Origin: Callorhinchus milii
Lineage: Eukaryota
Reading direction: 5' to 3'
Length of the DNA: 64,000 nucleotides
NCBI RefSeq assembly: GCF_018977255.1
Contig: NW_024704743.1
Coordinates: 23,810,001-23,874,000 of the forward strand
This document shows, one piece after another, positions 26,641-38,774 of the stretch. Under the pieces are notes generated by a model. The model ran no database searches. It was not told the origin of the DNA and saw nothing but the letters and a program-made list of their open reading frames with translations. The position numbers were made by a program, and so were the translations under genes. Each line of letters opens with the position of its first letter. Positions within the stretch are counted from its first letter, which is position 1.

Positions 26641-27090
26641 TAATAACAATAATAATTCTTGTATTTGATAGACATTTTATCAGGTCAACAGAACATCTCA
26701 AAGAGCTTCACTGTGAAGGGTAGTGATTGTGTCGTCCTCCCGACTTGAAAGACACTATACAAATTTGTTGTTTGTTTTGTATTTTTTAAACAAATTTGAT
26801 AGCCTATTTGCACCAAGCAATAAAGTGAACACTCAATTTATCTGGAGGAGTGGGCCAGGACACTGAGAGAAACTCCCTTCTCTTTTTGAATAGTTCTTTG
26901 GGATCTTTAATGTTCATCTGAACAGGCAAAAGGGGATCTTGGTTTAATGCCTCATCTGAAGGACGGCACCACTTTAAGCGCTTCATCGAAATGTCAACCT
27001 GGTTTGTGAATTCAAAGTCCCAATTTGAGATGTGAATCCACAGCCATCTGACTCAGAGATAAGAGTGCTACCAACTGAGCCAGGTTGACA
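26640..27090 (-). mobile_element. Deu-domain SINE (family B)
   Basis: Reverse complement of head, Deu-like domain and tail. Confidence 0.8.
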
Positions 27091-29051
27091 CCTGGCACAC
27101 AGAATGATAAAATGTGGAATGCATCAATACCGAACACCATCAAAGTGATATATTTTTGGTTCAGGACAGAAATAAGGGAGAAATAAGGGATTCAATGAGA
27201 ATAAAAGTGCAGTGGAGCTTGTTTGAGCTATGTTATAATTGGGGTAGTGACATCCTCCTAGCATGTAGAGGTAAGGAGATGAGTAAAAATCAGAAATTGC
27301 AGGGTAGGGAAGAACACAGTCAAAATAAGTTGATTCACTTCCTCACTAAATTGGCTCTTGCAAACTGCATGTTGCAAACACCTGCTGTATACAACCTTTT
27401 AAGAACCTGTTAGAGCCAGCTGAGTGTAGACGAATTGCCTTTCTCTGGACTTCACTTACTTTCAGAGGCCACACTACGCCCAATGGGATGTGTAATGTGA
27501 GGCAGTTCCTGCTACTGATGGCTCAGCCTGCCTAACCCTTGGTTCCTGGGTGACTGTTATCATCTGTTAATAATGGGAAGTGATCTTCTGGTTGGCTGGC
27601 TGGCTAACACTAATAATATATAGCCACAGCGTACCTACATTGGAAAATGGACTTGTAATCCAAGAAAAATATAACTGCCATCTTTTTGTATTGTTTTTTC
27701 TATTATGATAAACTGCTGCATGAGAAGCTTTACATTATTCTATTATTGAGAGTTTTATTTTTATTTCAAGGTGATCATACTTGGCTGGGCTTTCTTGGTT
27801 CTGCACCCTGTTGTCAACAGGGGTGTAATTTTACCACATTCACAAAAGGATTTAAAAACGGAGCATCTTACACAATGTGTTTGCGGCTAGCCCTCTGGAA
27901 CACAGCTCGGACCTGCTCTGACACCAATCTACAATTTTGCGCCATAAACCATATACCTTGCAGTAATGGTCAGCCTGAGAACCGTGCAGATACCTGCAGT
28001 ATTAGCGGTATAGGTTAGAAATTGTTTTCTGAATCTTACAAATAATTCGTAAACCGTACTTTTTCCCCTTTGTGACCAATATATCACATTCATCTAAGTG
28101 AATGGGTATCAGAACATGGAATGGAATCCTTTTCCGTTTGGGGCACCCAGTGTATCGATATAAAGTCGTGTACCAAATGCAAGGCTTATTACTAGTTATT
28201 AAAGCCAGCCCCACAGGAGACTAAAGCACTTACTGTGCACCGCCTGACAGCAAGCTCAAGCGTGCCATTGGTGGGGTCCACTGGCTACATGAAGAAAGAA
28301 AAAGGGCTAAATCTTTTTAAATCATAGAAATGTGCGAGCAACACCCCCAAAAAACACACACCTGTTAAAAAAATTGTCTCCTCATCCCTTAACAGTGTGT
28401 GTTACCCTCCAGTCTCTGGAAAGGATCCCCTGTTGAATGACAATGAATGTTCATGTTTCTCAGACCAGCCAATGTTCAGTCTGAGTGACAATTTAACCAG
28501 CACCAGTTGGTATATAAATAGGTGTGTGATTTTTGAGATGATGCCAGTAGTGACCTACTTTGTCTCCTGTGGGGCAGGCTTTAAATACTTATATTAATCC
28601 TTGTTTTTGGTATAACGACTTTCACATCAGGAGGATGTCCCAAAGCGCTTCACAAGATTTGTAATGAACTGGAGTGCTGTGTGTTTGTAGGCGAATGTAG
28701 CAGCCCAATTACGCACAGCAAATTTCCTTGTCCTCTACCTGGTACCTCAGAGCTACACGGCTGAACTCCACAGATCAATGGGCCAGCAGCTAGTGGGCGT
28801 GACCCTCTATCTGCCGGCTCAAGATCAGCATAGCTCTGAAGCTCGACTTGCTTCACCATCAAGACAGACACCTGTAAAAGTGTTTCCTAACAACACTAAC
28901 AAGCCAGCAACATTACCGATGGTGCCTCAGACCTGAACTGCTGTGTCGGGTTCACAATAAGGAAATATTTTCTGGTCATTCTGTGTGTAAAAGTTTCCAA
29001 ATTGCCTACAGATCTGAATTTTCAAAGAGTTGTTTTCTTCTGTGCCTGCAG

Positions 29052-29246
29052 CCAACTCCCGGGCATCCTACAGTAGCCAGCACAGCCACCTGGGCTCAGA
29101 CCTGCGGACATTACAGTCCCCAGAGCACCACATTGATCCAATTTATGAAGACCGAGTCTATCAAAAACCCCCAATGAGGAGCTTAAGTCAAAGTCAAGGT
29201 GATCCACTGCAGGCATCACTCACAGGGACATATCGCACCAGTACAG
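29052..29246 (+). CDS. CTNND2: delta-catenin coding exon, 195 nt; [52 protein letters not shown]...TGTYRTST
   Basis: ORF 29030-29257. Acceptor ttttcttctgtgcctgcag, donor CAG|gtaatg, phase 1/1. [31 protein letters not shown] matches human CTNND2. Confidence 0.97.
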
Positions 29247-29373
29247 GTAATGTGTGAGAAATTATTCAGGCAATGTGTGTACAATTATTCAAGTAATGTG
29301 TGTAGGTATTCAGATAATGTGCATACAGTTATTCAGATAATGTGTGTACAGTTATTTGAATAATGTGCATACA
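29247..29373 (+). repeat. 23-bp minisatellite, about 5.5 copies
   Basis: Unit rtaatgtgtgtacarttattcag. Confidence 0.85.
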
Positions 29374-31689
29374 TTAGCCAGTCATTTTATGTTACTTTGC
29401 CGGAGATTGGGGTTGAAAATTATATGATGACTCCTGCCAATATCTTCTCCAGTTCTGATCTGAACTTCTTAACCTCCCCTGACCTGACCTATTGGTGCAG
29501 TAACTTCTAGTCTGAGAATGCTGAATTTTCAACCCCACCGATGTATTTATACATTTTATAAATAACATTTTATAAATGTTTTATTTGCCCTCTCTCTCCT
29601 CTACATTCCTTTCTTTTCCCCCCTCCAAAATGTATACATTAGAATGTTCAGTGCCGGAAAACGTTATTACTTAGCCTGGCCTTTCTTAAAATTAAGTGTT
29701 AAAAGTTCTTGTGACAGAATATTTGGGATTTACCTAAAAGTTTGGGGGTCTGTTTCCTTTGGTGTTTTGCGCACTGCCCTTTTTCAGATTTTGAGTCCTG
29801 GGATTCACAAGTTGTTTGCAATACAATATTAATGCATCAATTCAGATTTGTGAATAAGGCAGGATTCCAAGGCAAATTAGACCCCCATCACTATGCTGAC
29901 CATGCAGGCAGTATATTGTCATCCCAGGTTTGGGATGAAGTATTTATTGCTGTTTTCAGCTTCTTGTTGCAAATGTGCTGTTACAGAAATAAGAGCAGGT
30001 TTGTTCAGCCAGATCAGTGACTGGGGAACAATGAATTCTCTGGCTGTATCCACCCCAGGATCCATTGGATTGTTTATTATTTTTATTCAGTCTTTTAGTT
30101 CTATGTGCAGCTCTTAAAGTTGTGTCAGAAAAATCAATTTCCCATTTCTGAAACAACAAGCTCTGCAGTCGCCATGAAAATCCAACCCGCAGTCTGCTTC
30201 TGTCAGAACATGCAGTGAAGGAGCGGTGGGTATCGCGCTGTACTAGCAAATTATGCAGCCTGCCTCAGGACTGTACAGACTTGTTTTGACCTAAACATAA
30301 TTCAGTGATCCCACAGTGTGCACACCTTGAGGTCAGATTCATTGCTGTTCCTAGATATTAATATCAATAGACAATGGACACACACCTATCCTTGCTTCAT
30401 AGAACATCAAATTAACTTGAACCTAGCTCTGATGCACATACAAAACATTTAGCAGGTGCAATATTCAATGGCCAAACTAACCTTGTAATTTCAGGATTCT
30501 ATCGGCCAGCATGTCCTTCATTATGTGTTTTATAGAATCAGGTAAAAGTGAGAGGAGTCTCAATTTAAGGAAGTGAGTAAGCTCAGGACACAGTGCAATT
30601 AAACTGCAGTCTCGGTGTGAAAATGCTAGTCGTGCATCAGGTTGCAGTTTATGACAAAGGAGTTCAGCACAGAGGTTTTTTTTGTAAAGAAAATATTTGA
30701 TTCTAATCTGCACTGAAGCTTATTATACTATGGAAAATACTAAGTATTATTTTCAAGGCTGCCCCATACACATACCCTCTGTGGCTAAGAGAACAGGTTT
30801 GAACCTGTAGAAAATCCACCTGAGTCTGGATTTACACTATTTGATTTGTATTTTAGTATCCTGAATTAGCAAATTTTTAACTGTATTCTTACCTTTAAAG
30901 CTGTTTTTTGGAGGTTATTTTAAGAACAACAGAAAAGTAGCTTGAAAATGAGAACTCCATTTAAGGATTTTACAAATTCTGTGTTGCTCTGAAATGCTAA
31001 GGAAATAGTAAGTCTGGAACCAGGCGGAACTTCTCTGCTCCATCCCGATGAGTTGTGAAATGTATATCTAGGGGAGGTGTGAAGGAAGATGACATGCTCA
31101 CAAACATTCCCTTCCGCACTGTAGGGAGTACCTGGCCCCACGCAGTGCAACTAAGACTGGGAGCTCAAGCACGTTTGAAGTGGGGCCACCTCTAGGATGT
31201 TGTACTAGATATTAAAGATCCCCAGGCACTATTCAAAAAGGCAAAGGAGTTTCTCCTGGTGTCCTGGACAACAAACCCACATGAAATTGGTCATTCACTT
31301 CATAGCTGTTTATGGAACAATGCTGTGTGCAGAATTGACTGTCGGATTTGCTCCACAAAATACACAGTCCTGACACTTTTCAGTATATCCTGTGATGCAC
31401 TTGGGACATCCTCCCAAAGTGATAGGTGCTGTACCAAATGCAAGGACTACTATTATTTATATTATAGACCAATGCCAACTCCAAAAGCATTTGTGATCTC
31501 TCATCTGCTATTAAAAGTTGTCATCTTTCTATCAAAGGTTACACTGCAGGACTTTAATCACCTTGACTCTCCTCCCCCCACTCGCAGAGTGCATTATGTT
31601 GAACTCTAAAGTGTCCTATTTCCCAGCACTAAGATCCTTGATGAGTGTAACATTCACTAAACACATTATGATCTAACCTTTTTTATTTC

Positions 31690-32150
31690 AAATGGTCACC
31701 TCGTTAGGATTGAGGTCAGAAAGTATTTATTTTATTTATTTCTTCACACAGAAGGTTGTGGAGATGTGGAACACTCTGCCTCACAAAGCTGTGGAGGTGG
31801 AATCAATAGAGATGTTCAAATGAGAGGTCGACAGATACTTAGGCAGTAGAGGTATAAGAATAATAATAATAATCCTTGGATTTGATATAGCGCTTTTCAT
31901 GTCTTCTTGATGTCTCAAAGCGCTTCACAGAATAGACTGTAAAGTGAATTGATCGTATATTTGTGGGCGAAACGCAGCAGCCAATTGCGCACAGCAGTGT
32001 CCCACAAACAGTCGTATTAACAGTACTAAGGGGTATGGTGAAGAGGGAATGGTATTGAGATTTAAAAATCTGCCAAAATGTAATAAACTGGTGGAGCAGG
32101 CTTGATGGGCCGAATGGCCTCCTCCTGTTCCTGTTTTTCTATGTTCCCAT
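31690..32150 (+). mobile_element. CR1 3' end with a minus-strand SINE piece inserted at about 31860-32017
   Basis: ttcttcacacagaaggttgtggagatgtggaacactctgcc...gatgggccgaatggcctcctcctgttcctg is a typical CR1 3' end. Confidence 0.8.
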
Positions 32151-34232
32151 TGGATTTATGGGAGAATTTACTCCATAATTTGTGTCGCAATCAGAAAACA
32201 ACTGAATCCTAATGTTGTCGTCCATGTGCTGTGAGGTGAACCCATTTCTGGGATGTAAATTGTCTCATGAAAATGTTATCACACAAAGAAGCCATTCAAC
32301 CCATTGACTTTTTGTAAGTGTTAGCTCCTCTTTGTATCCATCCAGTCTAATCCTATTTCCTCTTCTTTCCCCCACACTCTTTTATTGCTTTATTCTGCAT
32401 GTTTACCTAATTCCCTTGGAAATAGCATGATCGACTCTGATTTAATAACCCGTAAGAAAATTTCAACCTCTACCCTTTTTGTTTCTCTTATCTTTAATAA
32501 TCTTGAGTTGTGATCCCTCAGATAATCCATCCCTCTTTTATCTCAAAATGTCAAACAGGTCTGTCAAATCCCTCTTAATCTTATGGAATCAGAGAAAGTA
32601 CAGCATAGGAGGAGTCCTTTTGGCCCATTGAGTGTAAACTGGTGCTTACTTACTAACTGCAACTAACTGTAGCTAACTTGTAATTATGATTTCCTGCTCT
32701 CTTATATCCTTTCTTTTCAAATGTTTATCTAATTTCCTTTCAAAGGCTACCACAGTCTTAGACTCAAAACAACTGGTACCAAAGCATTCCATATTCGGAT
32801 AGCTCTCTGCATGGACAATTTATGCTAACCTCCCAATCTTTTCACCAGTAAACACAGACCTATGAGGTTTTGTTGAGCCTTTCATCATACCCATATCTTC
32901 TCATCTCTGTTATCATCCGATGAATCCACATTCCCAGTTCTGTGCCCTCTGTGACAACTGGAGCAGGTGCTTTCTATGTCTTGCATTTTCTCAGGACCTA
33001 AATGAATGTATATTACATGTGCTGCTGTAACAATATAGGTGCCGTAAGAGGCTATTGCAGTGTTGTAAATTCTGTGGCACCGTTGAAGATGTCTCCTTTG
33101 AATTTCATTTAATCTCTTCTTTCCTTCTCTCCCAGCTGCTGGTCTGACCAGGGGGAATTGTTTTGTTTCCTTTATTCAGAATTTTTTTTTAAGAAGCGCT
33201 GCAGGTGAAGCTTAGCGATCAGTGGAAACAATGAACATTATGGCATACGTACATCAGCTTGAGTTTAGCCCTCAGAGACAACACGTGATCAGCACTTAGC
33301 TTCACCTTGTGCCACCACAGTCAACTCTCCCAACATACATAGGCTTATTACTCACAATTGCCCCAATTAATGTCTTGATGAGGGACATGCTGTGCTACAA
33401 ATGTTTCCATCAATTCTTTTTTCACACATTGCCTCTCTTTTCTATTCCTTCTTTTCACCCTTTCTCTCCTTTTTTCCGTCCTCTTCCCCCCTTCCCTTCC
33501 TACTTCATAATATAAAGTAATGTAAAATCTTCAAGTGTAAAATAATGTCATGCAGTACCTTCAAATTCCTTCAGCTATACCAACAGTTGGGTGAAAAAAA
33601 CATTTAACACTGAACTTTGGGTTAATGAATTGTCCACTCTGGAGTATAAAGACACCAGCATTTCCTGTTACACTATGCTGCTCCCCAGTGATCCTTGCCT
33701 CAGTTTGCTCATCCAAGCTTTGTCAGTATTAGACCAAGGCTTGTGACCTTCCAGGCTACCCTGGAGAACGCTAAGCTAAGCATTTAGATTTCCAGAGTTT
33801 CACCTCTGCTCTGTGTAATGTACCAGTTGATCCTTGGGGTAAGCCCCTTTGAGAATGCTGGCTGATGTTATTGCCTGCATTTCCCTCGCTACCCCCTCAA
33901 CCAATGCTTCAGTATCAAGGCCTAGTTCCAAACTTGCAACTGTGCTGTCCCTGATCCAAATTAAGAACCACAGGACAGTGTCAATTTTGTTAGCCCCAAT
34001 GTAGTCTTAACACATAGGTTACATTGGAAATTAAAGGGAGTCAGTAAACTGGCCTATTGTTCCCTCATTGGTGACTTTGACATTTTGGTGAAAATTACTT
34101 TCAAATGAAAAAGTGGTCTGAATGGTCAGTGGCTGGCAATGTCCACAAGGTAATAATGCACTGTGTCTGAGTGAATTGGGCTTTTTTTGTCTTGAGTTAG
34201 AAGTTGTATATTTTGAAACATCAAGCCCTTCT

Positions 34233-34581
34233 TGGAGTCCTGTACCTCAGTGGTTAGAGCACTCGCTTCGCAAGTGAGAGACCTGGGTTCAATTTCCGAC
34301 AGGGCGAAATATTGTCAAGTTTCCTTACTCCACACACCTCTATTTACCCAGCAGTAAGTAGGAACCCAGTTGTTAGTCAAATGGCGGATTGCTTTTCTGG
34401 GGATATTAATTCCTTCAAAAAATATTAATAATAAATTGGTCACTTTATCCATGACTATTTGTGGGACACTGTTGTGCGCAATTCGCCCACAAAATAAACA
34501 GTCAATTCGCTTTACAGTGATGCGCTTTGAAACGTCTCGAATACGTGATAAAGTGCTGTATCAAATGCAAGGATTATTATT
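34233..34581 (+). mobile_element. SINE family A, long form
   Basis: Complete head to (TTA)n tail. Confidence 0.9.
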
Positions 34582-34791
34582 GCTATATATATATGCACAC
34601 ACATATTTATATACACAGCTCTTTTGAACACGTCGTGTTGATGGTAAACTCCAAAGAACTTTAGCTAAATATATCCATGCAGCAGATATTTGTGTGCAGA
34701 ACAAAGCCCCTATCTCACCCCATGCTTTGTTATTGCCTGCTATCTACGCTCTCACATGAAGAATCAAGGATTGGCAGGGGTATCAAAGGTT

Positions 34792-35760
34792 AAGAACATA
34801 AGAAAATGCTGGACGATAGAAGACCAAGGTCCATCTAGTTCGCCTTCCACCATCCTGGCAGTCACTTGACATGTTGTGTCCTAAACTGTATACTGTATCC
34901 TAAGATATTATTTTTTGGCAGAAATCTTTCTAATTTATTCTTGAAACAAACAACATTTTCTGCTTCCACCGTCTGCTTAGGGAGCCTGTTGTATAAGTTT
35001 ACTACTCGCTCACTGAAGTAGTGTTTCCACAGATTTGTTCTCAATTTACCCCACTTCAATCGCAGGCCATGTCCTCTGGTTCTACTGTTCAGTATAAAAC
35101 AGCTTATCATGGTCTACATTCCCTCAAGGAAAAAAAACAATAATAGATTGGTCACTTTAATCCACAACTGTTTGTGAGGCATTGCTGTGCGCAATTGGCT
35201 GCTGCGTTTCGCCCACAAATATACAATCAATTCACTTTACAGTATATTCTGTGAAGCAATTTGAAATGTCTAGAAGAAGTGAAAAGTGCTGTATCAAATG
35301 CAAAGATTATTATTACATTATCTATTCCTTTCAGAATCTTAAAGACTAATCATATCAACCTCAACCTTCCCTTCTCCAGTGTGAACATGCCCAATTTATC
35401 TAATCGTTCCTCGTAATCCAGTCCCTCCAGCTCCTTAATCATTTTGGTTGCCCTCCTCTGTATCCTCTCAATTGCTGGAATATTCTTTTTATATTGTGGT
35501 GACCAGAACTGCACACAGTATTCCAAGTGCGGTCGCACCAGTGATTTTTCCCATATAATACAGTCAATACCCTTTACAGTATATTCTGTGAAGTGCTTTG
35601 AGATGTCTCGAAGACATGATAAGGTGCTATATCAAATGCAAGGATTATTATTATAAAGTGGCAGGATTACCCCCGATTATTTCGGCTCAATCTTGACATC
35701 TGTAAATTTAGCCACTGTGCTTTTGACTCCTAGCTCCAGGTCATTTATGAAGATGTTTAG
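34792..35760 (-). mobile_element. CR1-clade LINE 3' fragment interrupted by two SINE pieces
   Basis: [13 protein letters not shown]...[11 protein letters not shown] (35350-35538), RTRGHGLRL...FSERVVNLYNRLP (34862-35110), FINDLE near 35750, cataagaa-type tail. Confidence 0.9.
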
Positions 35761-35790
35761 GAAAATATATCCATGCAGCAGATATCAGAT

Positions 35791-36448
35791 GTGGAGTCAT
35801 GTGGCTTTGTGGTTAGAGCACTTGCCTCGCAAGCGAGAGACCTGGGTTTGATTCCCTGCAGGGTGAAATGTTGGGCAAGTTTCCTTACTCCACATGCCTC
35901 TGTTTACCTAGCAGTAAGTAGGAAACCAGTTGTTAGTCAATTGGTGGATCGCTTTTCCGGGGGTATTAATTCCTTCAAAAAAATAATAATAATTTGGCCA
36001 CTCAATCCAAGAAATGTTTGTGGGACACTGCTGTGTGCAATTGGTTTAGTTTGGCAGGATCTCCCCTTCATAAACTCACATTGGCTATCTTTTATCAATT
36101 TATTACTGTCCAAAATGCTCCATGATCTTATTTTTAATGAAAGTTTCCACAACTTTATCCACAAAGGTTCTCTATGGACCACAAAACAGGATCGTTGGGA
36201 AGGAATGGACGAGAAAAAAATTGAATGGCTCATATTTGATATGGTCATAATAATATAGTAATAATTTGGTCACTCAGTCCACGACTGTTTGTGGGACACT
36301 GCTGTGCGCAATTGGCTGCTGAGTTTTGGCCACAGGATGCACAGTCACTACACCTTTTACAGTATATTCTGTGAAGTGCTTTGAGACGTCTCAATGACAT
36401 GATAAGGTGCTATATCAAATGCAAGGATTATTATATTGTATTATTATT
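35791..36448 (+). mobile_element. SINE family A pieces (35791-36045 and 36247-36448) separated by CR1 and other sequence
   Basis: Head and body, then a second body plus tail; the body segment appears twice. Confidence 0.85.
36046..36150 (-). mobile_element. CR1 RT fragment inside a SINE
   Basis: ORF 35937-36248 contains LIKDSQCEFMKGRSCQT, resembling the CR1 SQHGFMKGRSC motif. Confidence 0.7.
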
Positions 36449-36990
36449 CCATGTCACTGGCAACTGGGAGATCTCCCTACTAGTTGGGCTTACTTTGTTC
36501 ACGGTGTATCTCCTGTCGGAGATCAGTCTCACCAGATCTACATAGGTCAACCCTCGAGTGGAAACTCAAACATGCTCAGAATTGCCACTGGAAAAGTTAT
36601 GGGAAGGCAGAAAGGAATGTTTCCACACAATCTTAATGGTGCATGGAATGCTTTGCTGTTGAGACTAAAACCATGATAACACGTGGGAGGGATTTAGATT
36701 AGCATTTGAAGAGGAATAATACAAAAGGATAATTGAGAGGGTGTAGCAGATTTGGAATAATTAGCTCTGGTGGATGAGGTTGCACCAGCCTAAATTTTAT
36801 AGGTCAATTAAAAAAATAATCCTTGCATTTGATATAGCACCTAAACAACAACAACAACAAGATTCCATTTATAGAGCGCCTTTCACGTCAGGAGGACGTC
36901 CCAAGGCGCTGCACAGTTGGGTCATGACCCGAGCAGGGGGGAAATGGTCAGGGTGAGGGAGGGAAGGGAGGGAGAGAGGAGGGGAAATGG

Positions 36991-38774
36991 TCAGGGTGAG
37001 GGGAGGGAAGGGAGGGAGCGAGGAGGAGGAAGAGAGTCGAGAGGGGAGCTGAAGGCACGGTCAAAGAGAAAGGTTTTGAGACCGGCCTTGAAGGAGGAAA
37101 GGGAGGAAGCAAGGCGAAGGCACTGGGGGATGGAGTTCCAGAGCCTCGGGGCTGAGAGGCTGAAGGCCCGACCACCGATAGTAGGGCGGTTGGGGCGGGG
37201 GACGTGGAGCAGACCGGAGCCAGAGGAACGGAGGGTACGGGCAGGTAGGTAGGGGGATAGTAGGTTGGAGAGGTAGGAGGGAGCAAGGCCGTGAATGGCC
37301 TTGTAGGTGAGGATGAGGATCTTGAAATCAATCCTCTGGGGGATGGGGAGCCAGTGGAGGCGAGCGAGGGTGGGAGTGATGTGGTCCCGAAGCCTGGTGC
37401 GGGACAGTACACGAGCTGCAGAGTTCTGAATGACCTGCAGCTTGTGGAGGGAGGTGGCGGGAAGGCCGGCGAGGAGAGAGTTCCCATAGTCCAGCCTTGA
37501 GGTGACAAAGGCGTGAACCAGGGTTTCAGCAGCGTGAGGGGTGAGGTAGTGCCGTAATCTGGCGATATTCCGGAGGTGATGGAAGGCGGTGCCAGTTGTG
37601 GTGCGGATGTGAGGGAGAAAGGACAGCTCAGGGTCGAACAAAACGCCGAGGTTCCTGACTGGCTTTGAGAGGTGGAGAGTGCAGCCTTGGATGCTGATGG
37701 TGTCAGCGCCTGAGGTGCGGAGGCGCTGACGTGAGCCAATCAGGAGGGCCTCGGTTTTTTGCACGTTGAGCTGAAGAAAGTTGTCTCTCGTCCAGGACTC
37801 GATGTCGGACAGGCAGGCTGTCAGGACATCGGTGGTCGTGGAGTTGAGAGTAGAGGAGGAAAGGTAGAGTTGGGTGTCATCCGCATACATGTGGAAGTTA
37901 ACCCCATGTTTGCGGATGATGTCACCAAGGGGGAGCATATAGAGGGTGAAGAGGAGGGGACCGAGGACAGAGCCCTGAGGGACACCACATGAGACAGTAC
38001 GGGGGGTGGAGGAGAAGCCATTCGTTGAGACGAAGTGAAGACGGTGGGAAAGGTAAGAGCTAAACCATTCAAGGACAGTGCCTTGAAGGTTGAGGTGGGA
38101 GGACAAGCGGTGGAGTAGGATAGCGTGGTCGACCGTATCGAATGCTGCCGATAGGTCGAGGAGGACGAGGAGACAGAGGGAGCCCTGGTCACAGATGGTC
38201 AGGATATCATTGGTGACCTTGACCAGGGCAGTTTCTGTGCTATGAGCAGCACGGAAACCTGACTGAAGGGGTTCAAAAAGAGAATGGGTGGAGAGGAAAG
38301 AGCGCAGTTGGGAGGCGACAACTCTTTCCAAGACCTTGGAGAGAAAGGGGAGGTTGGAGATGGGCCGGTAGCTTGATAGCTGCGACGCATCAAGGGAGGG
38401 TTTTTTCAGGGTGGGCGTGATGATGGCAGTTTTTAATGGAATGGGGACAGAGCCAGAGGAGAGGGACAGGTTTATGATGTCAGTGATGTGTGGGGCAAGA
38501 AAATGGAGCTGGGAGATAAGGAGTGGAGTGGGGATGGGGTCAAGGGAGCAGGTGGTTGGTTTTAGGGATAGGATGAGTTCAGTGACAGAGGGTGGGGAAA
38601 CGGGTACGAAGGTGTGTAGGGGAGGATGGGTAGGAGTCGGAGTGTGGGAGGGAAGGGGTGGGTGGTGGGTGGAAGTTGGAGGGGAAGTGACCGCGGAGCG
38701 GATTCCCTTGATCTTGGATTCAAGGAAATCCAGCATCTCCTCGCAGTGAAGGTTGGAGGAGATGACCTGCGCGG
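36991..38774 (-). CDS. L2 ORF2, C-terminal part: reverse transcriptase
   Basis: ORF 36991-38736. Motifs [61 protein letters not shown]. Confidence 0.95.

Noticed and set aside
29247..29373. CRISPR-like array here or at 42520-43040 and 50180-50480
   Set aside because: Head-to-tail degenerate units without unique spacers, eukaryotic intron, no cas genes.
35773..36258. Recurring short ORFs with [18 protein letters not shown] or LYQMQGLL peptides
   Set aside because: Translations of SINE copies, not a protein family.
36948..37739. 263-aa and other overlapping or antisense ORFs within the L2
   Set aside because: Alternative-frame by-products of the C-rich, stop-poor L2 ORF.
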